The position numbers were made by a program, and so were the translations under genes. The notes under the pieces are model-generated. The model saw nothing but the letters and a program-made list of their open reading frames with translations. It had not been told where the DNA came from and did not search any database. From the NCBI RefSeq assembly GCF_009914755.1, contig NC_060929.1: 64,000 nucleotides of DNA. One strand, 5' to 3'. The first letter of the stretch is position 1. Each line of letters opens with the position of its first letter. Positions 28,085-43,512 of this stretch are shown piece by piece. The DNA comes from the human T2T-CHM13v2.0 reference genome, Homo sapiens.

Positions 28085-28295
28085 TCCCTACTCATTTCAC
28101 TTAGCTAAGAATTACTACTCCCTCTTCAGGACCCAGCCTTCCCCTTCACCTGGATTAATTTAGGTCCCCTGTTATGTACCCTGCAGCTTGTGATTATCTG
28201 CTTACTACCTCACCCTCCATGAGAGTAGAGACCATGTCTTATTCATTGCTGTATCCACCAGCACCTAGCACAATGCTGGCACATAGTGGCTGCCC
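28085..28295 (+). mobile_element. L2 3' fragment
   Basis: CTCCATGAGAGTAGAGACCATGTCTTATTCATTGCTGTATCC...CACCTAGCACAATGCTGGCACATAG. Confidence 0.75.
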
Positions 28296-28390
28296 ATTAA
28301 AGATTATCTTATTTTTAAAAAAATTGAATATAGTACTCTCATGTAAATCCCTGCACAGTTTTCTGCTCTTTCTAGATTTTAGAAAACTAC

Positions 28391-28430
28391 TAGTTTGGTG
28401 CAAAAGTAATTGCCGTTTTTGCCATTTAAT
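28391..28430 (+). mobile_element. Half MADE1 / solo Hsmar1-type mariner terminal inverted repeat
   Basis: TAGTTTGGTGCAAAAGTAATTGCCGTTTTTGCCATT matches the left half of MADE1 (TTAGGTTGGTGCAAAAGTAATTGCGGTTTTTGCCATT); the right arm is absent. Confidence 0.85.
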
Positions 28431-29678
28431 GTAGTAGACCACCTCTGAGGTCTTAAGCCTCATTGTTCCCTCAAACTAACTTGGAAAGAAATTTCCTGTT
28501 TCTAACTAAATGATTTATTCCCTTTCGGGAAAATGTACTAATTAAGCCTGTTTAAACTTAGGAGGGGCGGTAAGCAAAATCTCGTTTTTCTTTTTCCACA
28601 ATAGACATTTGTTTCACTGTATGGTCTCATCATCTATCAGATGAGGACTGAATTTTATAAGACACGTTTGGTGATTTGTTGGCTTTATTGAAAAGATCAC
28701 TAGCTCATTAGTAATACTCTGGCCCAGCCTTCTAAGGCTGGAGAAGAACTTGATTTTTAAACAGTTTGTTGAGCGTCTCCAGGACACCCTCTGGACAGAG
28801 TCTGTTTGCTCAGTGGGGATACTGCTATCCTCTTCTGTCACCCCTCTGTGCTTTTATTCAGAACCATAGAGATAGTGGGCTGATGGGTTGGAAGAGAAAA
28901 TGGGACGGGGATGAGGGCAGGAGGTGAGGGCAAAAGGGAAGAACTTCTCTTCATTTTCTACTTCCAGATACACCCTATATCCAGGAGGGAGGAAGTGGGA
29001 CAAATGAAATAGAAATAAGAATTTAAGTGTATTCCTCAAAGCTGGCTTCTCTATGCATATTTGGTTTTTCTTCCTGAATATTGATGTAGCCACTTGAGTG
29101 CGCCACTGGGAGGAAAATCCTTAGCAGGATTAAGTTTATTTTAGGATTTGGCTGTGTGTATGTGTCTGAGTGGGTATATCATGTGGGATCTCATTTTCCA
29201 GAATAAGAGCTAGGCCTAGGCCATTTCCGCATCTTTTACATACCTAGGTTTTTACCCATTTTTTGAAATTGGGCTGATATTAAGTCCCATTTAGCTTTTA
29301 CAAAAATAAATATGTTGACTTGGTGTGCAATATAAACAGATTGGCCCATTTAAAACAGCACCATAGTTTCCTAGGTCTTGATATCTGCTATTTTTACTTT
29401 ATTAGATATGAATTACTGACTCAGAATCCATTTAATATTTTATACCGTTATTACTCAGAAAACCTAATTTGCATTCTTGTCTCTCATGTTTTAAATTTTT
29501 CTCTGGTGGTAACTGGCATGTATTAATATTTTAAGCATCACCGACTGGCTGCAAGCCGAAATGACCCCAAACATTCTGGAACTACCTGTTCTGCCTAATT
29601 TGCCAGTGAGGGATAACTTAAGCCCAGAGAGGGCTGCATATAGGACAGATTTTTTCCTTAAGCACCCATAACTTTCTT

Positions 29679-30023
29679 TTTTAACTTTTATTTTAAGTTC
29701 AGGGTACAAATGCAGGTTTGTTACATAGGTAAATGTGTGTCATGGGGGTTTGTTGTACAGATTATTTCATCACCCAGGTGTTAAGCCTAGTACCCATTAG
29801 TTATTTTTCCTGATCCTCTGCCTCCTCCCACCCTCCACCCTCCGATAGGCCCCAGTGCGTGTTGTTCCCCTCGATGTGTCCATGTATTTTCATCATTTAG
29901 CTCCCACTTGTAAGTGAGAACATACAGTATTTGGTGTTCTGTTCCTGCATTAGTTTGCTAAGGATAATGGCCTCCAGCTCCATCCATGTCCCTGCAAAGG
30001 ACATGATCTCACTCTTTTTTATG
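29679..30023 (-). mobile_element. 5'-truncated L1PA (older, about PA12-PA14) 3' end
   Basis: TTTTATTTTAAGTTCAGGGTACA...GGTTTGTTACATAGGTAAA...TTTAGCTCCCACTTGTAAGTGAGAACAT; TSD AAGCACCCATAACTTTCTT (29660-29678) / AAGCAGCCATAATTTTCTT (30024-30042). Confidence 0.92.
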
Positions 30024-30158
30024 AAGCAGCCATAATTTTCTTGCATCCTAATAGTGCAGCAGTTGGTGTCTGGGTAGGTCAGCTGTGGAGGTGATGCACA
30101 GCAGAGTTAGCGGGCAGCTGTTGAGTGCCATGTTTACAAAGCTTTGGATAAATGGGGG

Positions 30159-30599
30159 TGTCTTGGTCCATTTTGTGTTGCTATAAAGGAATACCTGAGG
30201 CTGGATTGTTTATGTAAAAAAAGAGGTGGGTTTGGCTCATGGATCTGCAGGCTGTACAAGAAGCCTGGCGTTGGCATCTGCTTGGCTTCTGGTGGGGGCT
30301 TTTGTGTTTCATCAAGACATGGAGGCAAAGGTCAAAGTGAAAGTGGGCATATTTGAAGAGGGACCAAACAGAAGGAAGAATCTTGCTTTATAACAACCCA
30401 CTCTCCTGGGAACTAATCCCATCTTGCCAGAACCAGGACAAACTCACTTCATGAGAACAGCACCAAGCCATTCATGAGGGATCTGCCCCCATGACCCAGA
30501 CCCCTCCCACTAGGCCTCACCTCAGACACCCTCACATTGGGGATCAAATTTCAACATGAGATTTGGCAAGAACAAACAAGTCATGTCCAAAGCATTGCA
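30159..30599 (-). mobile_element. MST (MSTB/MSTC-like) MaLR solo LTR
   Basis: TGTCTTGGTCCATTTTGTGTTGCTATAAAGGAATACCTGAGGCTGG...GCCATTCATGAGGGATCTGCCCCCATGACCCA...TTTCAACATGAGATTTGG; TG...CA ends; TSD GGGGG/GTGGG. Confidence 0.88.
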
Positions 30600-31057
30600 G
30601 TGGGGAAGTCATTGATCATAGAACATAAAGTGAAGAAAACAGGACCAAAATATTGTGTTTCCACTGTGCCCTCAACTATGTAAAAAAATGGCTATGTGGA
30701 AAAAGTACTGGAAGGAAACATGGTCAAAGATGAACAAGGATGATTGTCTCTGGGTAAAGTGATTAGACACCTCTGCTTGCTGCTTCTTCATTTGTGGCAT
30801 CCATATTGTCCACAATGGGTGTGGATTTGTTTTCATAATTTTTTAGAGGGTTTTAAAGAAAAACTGTCTCTGTGAGACTGAAATAGGTGTGGTCCCAAAC
30901 TGGCAGTGCTGAGCTGGGCTCACCCAGGGGCCAGCCTCTCTCTCTGTGTTTTTTACAGTTCCCTCCCTGTTCTTTAGATAGTAAATAATCATTGTGTCAT
31001 CACTGGGTTGTGTTTTTAATCACTTTTGACATTTCACAGTGATTCCTTTTTCTAAAC

Positions 31058-31315
31058 ACATTTTTATTTTTAGATAACTTTAGATTTACAGACCAGTTGC
31101 AGAGATAGTACAGAGAGTTCTTGTTTCCCCTTCACCCTGCTTCCCCTACTGTTAGCAACTTACATAACCGTGCTACTTTTTATCAAAACTAAGAAATTAA
31201 CATCCTGTTAGTTAAACTACATGGCAGATTTTTTCCTGATCTCTCCAGGTTTTCCACTGAATGTCCTTTTACCATGCCATGATCCAATGCGGTATCCCAC
31301 ATTGTATTTAGATGG
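31058..31315 (-). mobile_element. L1MC-type 3' end fragment
   Basis: TTTAGATTTACAG...GTTGCAGAGATAGTACAGAGAGTTC...TCAAAACTAAGAAATTAACAT. Confidence 0.7.
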
Positions 31316-31586
31316 TGGTTCTTTCTAAAGGTGCACACCAGAACAGCATTCTAGCAGGGTGTGTTCCTAAATTATCCTATCTATGGATATGTTTTTTTTT
31401 ACGTAAAAAGTAGATGTTTTTTTCCTCCAGGAGTGGAGAGAGGGACACAGTGAAGCAATTGGCCTCTAGCTCTTTGAAATAAATGGGATTCCTTGTTCTG
31501 CAAAACCTGGGGTCGGACCCCGTTCACTCCCCTTCCTACCCTGAGCATTATGTGGACTGACACCAGGTCTGTGAAGGAAAAACTGA

Positions 31587-31911
<325 letters not shown>

Positions 31912-34900
31912 CCATGGTATTTTTATAGCATTTCTTACAAATCAACCAAGTTTCTTGAAAACAATAATTTTTGTTCAGAAGTACTGTTGTGAGTGAGGAG
32001 AACATTGTGCAGCTCAGCCTGTGGACATACAGTGGCTGCAGCGTGGGCCCCAGGCTGCTCTCATGCTCGCTGGGCCTGCTGGGTCTGCTGGGCCTGCTGG
32101 AACAGGAAGCAGCAACGCAATTCCACCAGAGGAACCACAGGGAAACCAAGGCTGACTGAAGTCTGAGAAGAAAGCCTGTCTAGAGTCACAGGAGTGAAAA
32201 TAAGAAAACAAAATTTAGTCAGGAAATTGCACCATGGAAATGTCTGGCGTCAGGTTCTATAAATTCCGACCCGACTATAGTCAAGTATTTGCCGAGCCAC
32301 CTCGTGTTTGCTTCAGATCTGTGTTTGCTGCTTCTTTTTGCACAGATTTGTCTTTTGTTTCCTTCCCATTAAAAACAGGAGGCAGCGGGTTAGCTGTGCT
32401 GGGTTACACAGCAGCAGATGGTGTTGCCCACCATGGGCAGAGATCTCACATGAGACAGCGGGGAGGGAGGGTGGACATGTCACACCCATGCCATTTTCCT
32501 GCTGGAAACTCTACCTCACACATGCAGGGACCACAATGGATTTGACAAGAACCACTCATATAAAGGCAGAAAGTCTTTTAATTACATAAAATCTGAAACT
32601 ATGTGTTAGAAGCAGTGGTCTCTTGCCATTTCTGTGGATACCCATCTTCCATATAGTCTTACTCAAAGTTAATTGAAGACAAGCAGAAGTGAGGCCTGGA
32701 GTCAGTGTGGGGGTGATTTGTAATGACAAGTTGGAATTGAATCCTGGTGGGACATCACAGAGCTGGGTGATATGTGGCGTGTGGTGGTGGTGGTGGTGGT
32801 GAAGAAGACGGGTTCTTAAGAATACAAACCCTTGAACATGTCAGATTTAGTCTACTTTCCCTTCTTGATTCTCTGGGTTCCCCTTCTGTTAGTCTTCAAT
32901 CAAGTCCTTTTTGGAAAGATTCCTTTCCCTTTGTTTAGAGAACATTGGTCAACTTTGAATAACAAATGAGAATAGAAATGACAAAAACGTCTCCAGGTCT
33001 CAGCTGTGGGACCTTATGAGCAGTGTTGCACAAAGACATTCCCCCCAAAGCCTGCTACTGTTACTTTTAGGATGTTCATTTAAAAAAAAAATCTCTTTTC
33101 CCTAGGTCGGGAAGATGACCTTCACCATATAATTTCGGACTAAAATCTGCAGATTGTAACCATAGTTAGGAGGCAGTTCTTCATTAAAATACCCTGCATT
33201 TAATCTTTCACATATTGTACAAAAGTAAAACCAAAACAAAATAATACTGAATGGTAAAGTAATATTATTTTTTTATTTTGCTAAAATTCCATGGGTTGTT
33301 CATTTTCTTTATGACTCGTCTCTTATTCCTAGCTCATTCTCGTGTGTCTATCACAGTGAAGTTGCTGTAGACACCCTCAGATTTCTAGAAATAGTATCTG
33401 AAGTGTTCCCAGAGGGAATAGGATTTAGGGCCAAGGAATTAGGATGGTCCCACTCTGTGCCCATGTATAATGCCACACAGACTGAGTGACTTTCCTCCAA
33501 ATGGATATCGGGCTGGCATATTTTGGGACATATTGAATGTTTTTGGTCCCATTCCAGTTTACTGTTAACAGCCTCATCTATTTGTGAACAGACACAGGAG
33601 TAGTATCTATATGACACAAAGGGATGTTTGACAACTTTTAGCTAATTTGGCCACTACAGATGGCCATGGGCAGGTGAGAGCCAGAACAAAGTGTTGGAGC
33701 ACTGAGGTTTATCATTCAGCGGTCCCCGGCTTCCTGCCCAGCTGAGCTCATGACCTTTGCCAACCAGAGTTTTCCTGAATAAACAAACACAGGTCCCCTA
33801 CCAGATGGAGAGGTGCTTAATAGAACCAGGCTGCCAGGCCTAGCAATTGTGCCACTAGTTGTGACCAGGCTTGGGAAATTTAGAAGCTGTGTCTTGTTTG
33901 CTGGGGCCTCTTTCCCCAGATCTGCTAGTTCTGGAGATTCCAGTAGGCACTGAGCATCTCACTGGTTCCTCTGTGTGCATTTTTCCTTGTGCTGTGAACC
34001 AGCATCCTGGTAATTCCTGTTAATCTCTGCACTTCTTCAGAGTGTCTTCTAAACCAGGAATCCTTTATCTGGGGAACTTTTACCCTGATAAATGCTGGTG
34101 CACTGCAAATTATTGAATGTCATTAAGGTGCCCCAGAAGCTAGATTATTCTAGACTCCAGATTGAACAATGGCTTATGTATTTTTCTGAGGAGGGCATAT
34201 CCTGCGAAGGGAAGCCCAGACGTTCTGGTGAGTTGGAGGTGCATTGTTACCGTGTCCTTACATACTGTGTCCATTCACTGGTTTAGCACTTGATTGTAAC
34301 AGCATGTATTATTTTCTAAACTTTTTATCTACAAAATCTCGCCTCATCAACAAAATTGTTAAACTCCTCAAGAGTAGTGATCCTATGTTTGGTACATTTT
34401 GCTCCCCCCAGAGTACTGTATAGCAAAGAGCTAACTGGTGAAATGGCTTAAATTATAGGTCAAGGAGCTGGGATTTAATCCTGAGGGAACTGAGGAGCCA
34501 TTGGTGGTTCTTGAGCTATGGACCAGCTTAATAAAAACAGTAATTGAGAATGTGATTCATTGAGACTGTGTTGGCACAAAAATGGAGGTTATAGTTTTAT
34601 GTATTCCCGTCCCTGGAAGTTTCTGATAGTTATACTAACAATAAGAATATGTGACAGATTAAATGAAAAATATAGCAGGATGTTTAAGTCTACACAAAGG
34701 TAAGGTCCTTCATTGTGACAATATGCAGTTTTGCACATACAACCATATTTGGAGCCTGTCTACACCATGTTCCCAGCATCAGTGGAGTCAGGAGAGTGGT
34801 GATGTTCTGACTGGTAGGGGCTGTTTTTGAAATATTTTCTAAAATCTCTTCATTTGTTAACAGTTTCCTCCCTAGTCTTGAGTAGCCTTTCTGTAGAAAA

Positions 34901-34939
34901 TCTGAAAGCGTACAAGAGGTAATTGATTGATTGATTTTC

Positions 34940-35242
34940 TTTTCTTTTTTTTTTTTTTTTTGAGACGGAGTCTCACTCTGTTGCCCAGGCTGGAGTACAG
35001 TGGCGCAATCTCATCTTAGTGCAATCTCTGCCTTTCAGGTTCAAGCGATTCTCCTGCCTTAGCCTCCCAAGTAGCTGGGATTACAGGGGCCTGCCACCAT
35101 GCCTGGCTAATTTTTGTATTTTTAGTAGAGACAGGGTTTTACCACATTGGTCAGGTTGGTCTTGAACTCCTGACCTCAGGTGATCCACCCGCCTTGGCCT
35201 CCCAAAGTGATGGGATTACAGGTGTGAGCCACTGCGCCCAGC
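34940..35242 (-). mobile_element. AluSx-like
   Basis: Antisense dimer; TSD TTGATTTTC. Confidence 0.92.
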
Positions 35243-36994
35243 TTGATTTTCATTTTGAACATGCATATGGCCCCCCAAGCTTGCATCCCTGCCCTCTCTT
35301 CCTGCTTCTCACCTCCTCTCCTTCAGAAACACTGGTTTTCCTTTATGGCACCCACCACCACACTTGCTACTCCTGGCTGCCACTGCATGAAGGCAACAGG
35401 AAAGCCCAGCCTGGTACCCTACACCTGTGTACCAACCACCTCTGCTCCTCAACCTCACTTCCTTATGTACTGAATTTCTTAAGCCCTCTCTTGGGATAAA
35501 CATTAAAGGTAGCAGCAAAAAATAGAAACCTGTCTGACTAAGTGAGCAAGAAGACGATAGGCGAAAGCAGGAAATTTTTTAATCTCATCCTCTTAAAACA
35601 TAAACAAAAACAAGGCAACTTGAAAATGAAATAGCATGGCCACAAAATAAGAGCTATGGTGTGCAAACTGAGCAGTAAAAGCATAAGATATGATAGAGAT
35701 GCTTAAGGACAGTAGAAAGATGAGCTATCCACTTCTGACCTCAGATTTCATGGACGTTTGTGATAACTCAGATTCGGACAGTGCTTTCCAATGCAGTTCC
35801 CATATGTTACCCCATTTAAATCTCAGAGCAACCCTGAGATAAGAATTGTCGTTGTTCCCATTTTGCAAACCAGGACTTGGTAAGATTTAGGGACTCAAAC
35901 ATGATTCTTCTGGTTCCAGCTTCTGTTGCCGTGCACAATATGGGAAGCAGTGTTTCCTCTGACCCACACAGGGACACAGAGCAAGACCAAAGTACCCCAG
36001 AGGTCCAACTGAGTATCAGAGCAGAAAAGAGCTCTCAAGAGTAGCCAGTCCAAACTCACTCCCCATTCCCCACTGCCCTTTTACAGATGAGGAAACAGAC
36101 TCACAAAGACCTTGTAAGTCACGAGTCAGAACTGAGTAGTAGCATCATTACGGGCTGGAAGATGTTAAACCTTCCCAGTTCCTAATCCTTGTAGGTTAAT
36201 TTGTAGAAGGCAATAAATTATAAGTCAGCTCCTCACAGCAGCCCAAGTGGCCAGTGACCAGCACTTAGTCAGTGCTTAGAAAATGTGTGTTAAACAGATG
36301 GAGGAATGATTCACTGACTTTAATTGTAACCGTATGCAAATCAGTGCATTTCTTTTATATCTGTCTTGACCTACTTTTCCTACCCAAAGATGTTGTTTTT
36401 CACTCAGTTTGGAATGAGAGGGTAATGTTTGTAGAAATCCCAAGACAATCAGCTGAGAGGCCCTGTAAGTGCATAAAGTACCATTAGTGGTATTATTGAG
36501 TTGCTTTTCTATGGTACTGTGGGTTAATCAAAGGCCTTTGTCATTGTTGTTTTAAACACAAATCTCCAATTTATTATTTAGTTCGTTGCTTTTATTAACT
36601 TATTTGAAATGCAAATAGCAGCAAACACAGGTCAACAGCTGCAGCTGTGGGATGCAGCCAGTGAGAGCCAAGGGACAAGATGGAGATGGGATTCCCGGGG
36701 ACAGGGAGCCATGGGCTTCCCCACCCTCCCTGGGGACTGACTGGGGAGGACACCTTTGATTACAGGGATCGGGGAGGGTCTCAGGGGCAAGTGGGCAGCA
36801 GAATCTAAAAGGAATGATTGATCTCAGTCCCTGGAAGTGGAGAAAAATGACTAGACAGCCTGTACCTTCCTGATAAGTTTCCCCTAATAGATTCTTGCTG
36901 TAAAAGCAAAGCCCAAAACCTTCCAGTAATTGCTTCTGGACTGTGGGAAATGACAGTGCTGAAGGAAATAATACAGGCAAAGCAGTTTCAGTAA

Positions 36995-37482
<488 letters not shown>

Positions 37483-38099
37483 TATCCCCCGATTCTTATG
37501 ATAGCCCTTGTAATCTGATGTACTAGTAAGAGATAGTGGGAAACTCTAAACGATGCAAACCTAAATGAACCTTAAATCTTGTCTCACTTCATACAACGAT
37601 TTAGGTGATTAAAGCAATTGGAGAAAAGAAAGAGGAGAGGTGTTTGGGAAAATGTGAATGGATTCCTTTAAACACAGCACAAGGGAGCTGCCCTATGGTT
37701 GAAGGGGAAGGAAGTTTTCAATGGTGTTTGAATTATGTGATTTGAGTATGACTAATTTGGAGAGGACCACTGATGTATTGATTGGTAAAGTAATGACAAC
37801 TTGAAATTTTGGTGATTTCCTAATGAGACCCAAATCCTGGGCTCAGTGGAAATGAATATGGAAGGCGACAGGTAGGATTGATGTAATAAAAAGCTGGTGC
37901 CCTTATTGTTCTAAGACTCGTATGTGGTGAGGCAGTTTGGGTATAAGTGCTCATGGGCAGAAGACATTTGAATGGAGCATAACTAGAGACAAGAATCTGG
38001 GCCCAGAGAGGTTTTATGTAAATGCATATAATTTGATGTTGAAAGGGTTCACTTATGCAGAAAGTTAGAGATTTGGGCAACATGGCCTAATCACTAGTG

Positions 38100-38320
38100 A
38101 TTATAGCAACACCCATTTCTTGAGTATCCATATGCCAGGCTTCTTACCTGTAAGACCTCACTTAATCCTCACAACAGCCATATGGGGTGTGAGTACTGTT
38201 ATTCCCATGTACGATTGAGGAACCTGAGGGTCAGAGAGATTAAATAATCAGCCCAAGGTCATAGTTAGCAAGTTGTAGGGCTGGGATTTGAACTTATGTT
38301 TGCCAGTCTCCAAAGCCTCT
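38100..38320 (-). mobile_element. MIR, near full length
   Basis: TATGCCAGGC...TTAATCCTCACAACAGCC...GAGGAACCTGAGGGTCAGAGAGATTAAATAA...CCCAAGGTCA...CTGGGATTTGAAC. Confidence 0.85.
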
Positions 38321-40354
38321 TTCAGAGCCTCTAGAAGAGAAGGAACCTTGTGCAATCAAGACTGGAAGAAAAAAAACAGTCCTAGATGAAAGATTGTAAA
38401 AAGGCTGCTTTTGGAACTCACAGAAGGGTACTGAAAAAAAACTGTAGAAAGGTGATCTTTCTTTGAAGAAGAGTGTTTAGATTAGTACAGTATGTTACTA
38501 CTCTGTTGTCCCTACATTTGGACTTATTTCTTAGGAGTCCTTGGTGATTCTTTGGAATTTCTCTGAAGAGAGCAAAAATGTCTGGTGTCTGGAAGCTACT
38601 AAAAAGGCAGATAGTGTATGTTAACATAATGAAAAATATCACTAGATGCCTACTTCCTGTGGACTAGCAAGTAAACACTGGGCCATCTTCAAGCTTGGCT
38701 GTGTATGTACAAATATCTGTTTAAGTTGACCATCTGCTGTTGTATTGTTGATAAACACCATTATACCAGTGATTTAACTTATGCCCTGGAGGAAGAAGTG
38801 CCTTCTAGAATCTCTTAATGGCCATAAAACATTGGCGTTGATAGATTTTAGAGGCAGGCAGCCTTCAAGGCATTCAATGATGAAAATAAAGAAACATTTG
38901 TGAAAATTCAGTGAAGATTTCAGAGGCCCTACAGGAACTAGGAGCTTCATACCAAGTTCACATTTGAGTCTGAGTTCAGTTTTAAAGGAAATGACTTTCC
39001 ATGACAGAATAGTGTGAGATCCAGGCCTTACTCATGGTTGTTGAGTACATGCAGCCTCCAGCCACACGAAATAATACGTTCACCTGGTAAAGAGTGGAGG
39101 CTTCATCAGAATCACACCCAACTAGCTCCTTCTCTATGCCTTGTCTTCCTCCAGCGTCTTGTAGAGCTAAAATGTGATGACTCTTTTAGTTTGTATGGAG
39201 GAGGGTAAAAATGTGTTTTCAAACTGAGCAAGGGAAGAAGTTTCAGCCATTCCTTTATCTTCTTCCCCTTTTTTTGTATTTCCATTTTCACTTTGAGCAT
39301 AAATGGGAATCAGAAGGTAGGAGGGAGGATGTTATTATGGATCAGGGACCGAGAATAAAGGGCAGTTTTCAGCTGTATGTTGGAAACTTAAAAAAAAAAA
39401 AAAAAATCCAAACCAAAAAAACTTTCTGTATTCATTCCGTTTTGGAAAAGACTCTGAAAAAGGAATCACATCTTTGATCAAGAGCAATGGTATTAGGTCT
39501 TTTACTACAAATTATACTTTTCTGTGAGCCTGTATTTATTTTGCCAGGCTTGAAATAGCTGATGTTATTTAAACAACTGTGTGACTATTGTCTAGGAAAT
39601 GAGTGTAGGCTGGGAATAGCCTGGCTGATTACATTGTTTAGAAATGAGCCTTATTTTTTGCAGTCCCTTTAGGTGGGAGGGTTCATGAATGTTCCTGTGG
39701 TTGGTTGTTCCATGGTGTCTTCTGTTTATATCAAGTCAGTAGCCTCATGATGTCATCATTTTATTCTACCGTATATCATTTTAAGCCTACTGAAGAATGA
39801 ACAGAGCTAGTTCCATTCCTTGAGACAGATATATAGGCAACATCAAAGAAGACTAATCTTTGATTAGTCTTTGAAATCTCCTAATCTACAGAAAGTAGAG
39901 ACTAGGGCAAACAGTGGGGCTCCCACCCTCTCCACCTCAGGGACCAGAATCCTCATTGTGATTTGCTACAGGCTTCTTTGTCTCTGGAGAGCTTCAAGAG
40001 CAAGCTAGACTGACCATGGAAATAAGTGACAGTTCATTGGTCAGGGGCCTCAAAGTGTTACCTGGATGAATGAGAGGGTCTAGACTTAGGCCCAGAGAGA
40101 GCTGGGGATTTCATAGGCTAGAAAGACCCCAGAACATAGTACAATTCAGTTGCCTAACTCCAGTGTACACCATTTACATCATATGACTAGTGAATGGTAC
40201 CCCTGGGCCTGGGGAGAACATGTTGTTTCTCCTTAAGATTCTGGTACATCCACCTTCAAAGATCCCAGGCCAGGGGACTGAGAAGAGTGCAACCCTGAGT
40301 CAGCCAGGGTGTTTGACTCAGTGGTACTCAGGGGACAGAGAGAGAAGATGAGCT

Positions 40355-40560
40355 TCCATGCCAGATGCATGTGGGTTTGAGTCACAACTTTGGCACTCAC
40401 AAGCCACCTGGCTTTGGATCAATCACTTAATCTCTCTATACCCTGGTTTTCCATGTGTACAGTGAAGTCAGTCATACAGCTGCCATTGAGAAATGGAATC
40501 AATGTCATAATAATACTCAAACAATACATAATAAGCAGTCAATACATGGTGGCTATTGTG
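40355..40560 (+). mobile_element. MIR fragment
   Basis: GGGTTTGAGTC...TCACTTAATCTCTCTATACCCTGGTTTTCCATGTGTA. Confidence 0.55.
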
Positions 40561-40582
40561 GCTCATATGAATAATAGTACTA

Positions 40583-41171
<589 letters not shown>

Positions 41172-42121
41172 GAAAAAAACAGAATTGACAGCCAGTTCAG
41201 AAACCTTATGAAGAGCTAGTACTAAGTTATCATCACCAGAGAGTGAAAAGGACCTTCAAGTCCAAGACAGCACTGCAGACACATCACGCCATGCCAGGCA
41301 GGGGACTGAACTCAGTGCTGCGTGCAACCTAACATTCTGTGATGAAGGATTAAGTCATGCCACTAGCAAAGTGGGTGTGATTGGCGAGAGATGAGTGTCT
41401 GAGCTGGGGAGAAAGGAAAGAACCAAAATAATGGCAGAAATATTTTTATCCTGTAAAAGTAAAAGTCACTGTCAGTGTGACAATTGAAAGACCTTTTCAT
41501 TCCCTCTGAGATATTTTCAAAGTGATTAACTTGAAAAATCTTCGATGTAAGGGCTGTAACATGACTAGGGGGGCATCTTTTTTTTTTCTCCTTCTTCTCT
41601 TACTTCTTGGAGGAAAGATGAAATAAAATGGTTTTAAGAAAACGAAAGACATCCTGAAAAAGAAAGTTAACAAAAACACAAAAGGAAAAAGCTCCCTATA
41701 AAAAGCTTACTACCTGCTCCCTGCAGTTACAGGTATCATTTTATGTTAGCGCTTATGAAATATTTCTAAAAAAAAATAAAGATGTTCACATGGGTTTTGC
41801 TTCCTTGCTTAAATTCTATCACCTCGGTGGAGTCCAGGGTCTTTGCTGCTTACACACATTGTGCGGGACCCAACATAGTAGGGACTTGGTAAATGTTAAA
41901 CCATCATCATTAAAAAAACACTTTCTCTTCCACTTTGAGTCCTTTAAGTTTTATGAATGCATGCGGGCAGAATATTAATTCCAGCACAGTGAGTGTTGCT
42001 CAGGAGTGATTATGCCACCTGGCTTGAAGCCTTCCAGTGCACTTGTGGGGATTTTCATTTCACTCATCATTTAAAGTTTGTCATGAGGGGTCTCTGTGAA
42101 AGAAAAATATAGAGGAGCCTC

Positions 42122-42515
<394 letters not shown>

Positions 42516-42884
42516 TTATGTTTCCTAGTCTATTTCTTTTCCAAAAGAAGGGAGGATGTGTGATTGCCTCTAGCCCAACATTTGTAGCCAACTGGATGAG
42601 ATTCCATGCTTTTACCATCATTGACCCAAATAGGTAACCTAAGAATTGAGCTTAAACTGCTTCTCTTGCAGCCCATCTGTGCTTCCAATAAGGAATCTGA
42701 GTCATGTCTAGATTAGGAATCAGATACTTTTTTTGCCACTTGAGATGAGCTCATTTAATAGAATGCTTCCATTTGGTGTGGGATAAAGTATGGATATAGG
42801 AAGGAGGTGTCGGGCTCATAGAGCTGTAAGGGCATGAGGTCCTGTGGGAGCAACCTCAGCCTCTTGCTTTGGGGAGGGTGAATG

Positions 42885-43005
42885 TGTGGATACCTGCACA
42901 TTACTCCTGGCTCTGCCATTATCTTGCTGTGTGACTTCGGACAAGTCACTTAGCCTTTCTGAACCTTAATGTCTTCATCTGTAAAACAGAGGTTTGGAAT
43001 AGATC
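42885..43005 (+). mobile_element. MIR fragment
   Basis: CCTGGCTCTGCCATT...GCTGTGTGACTTCGGACAAGTCACTTAGCCTTTCTGAACCTT...CTTCATCTGTAAAA. Confidence 0.75.
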
Positions 43006-43053
43006 CATATAAATTCATATTTCTGTAACCCTGTGTTACAGGCTATATGACTT

Positions 43054-43512
<459 letters not shown>

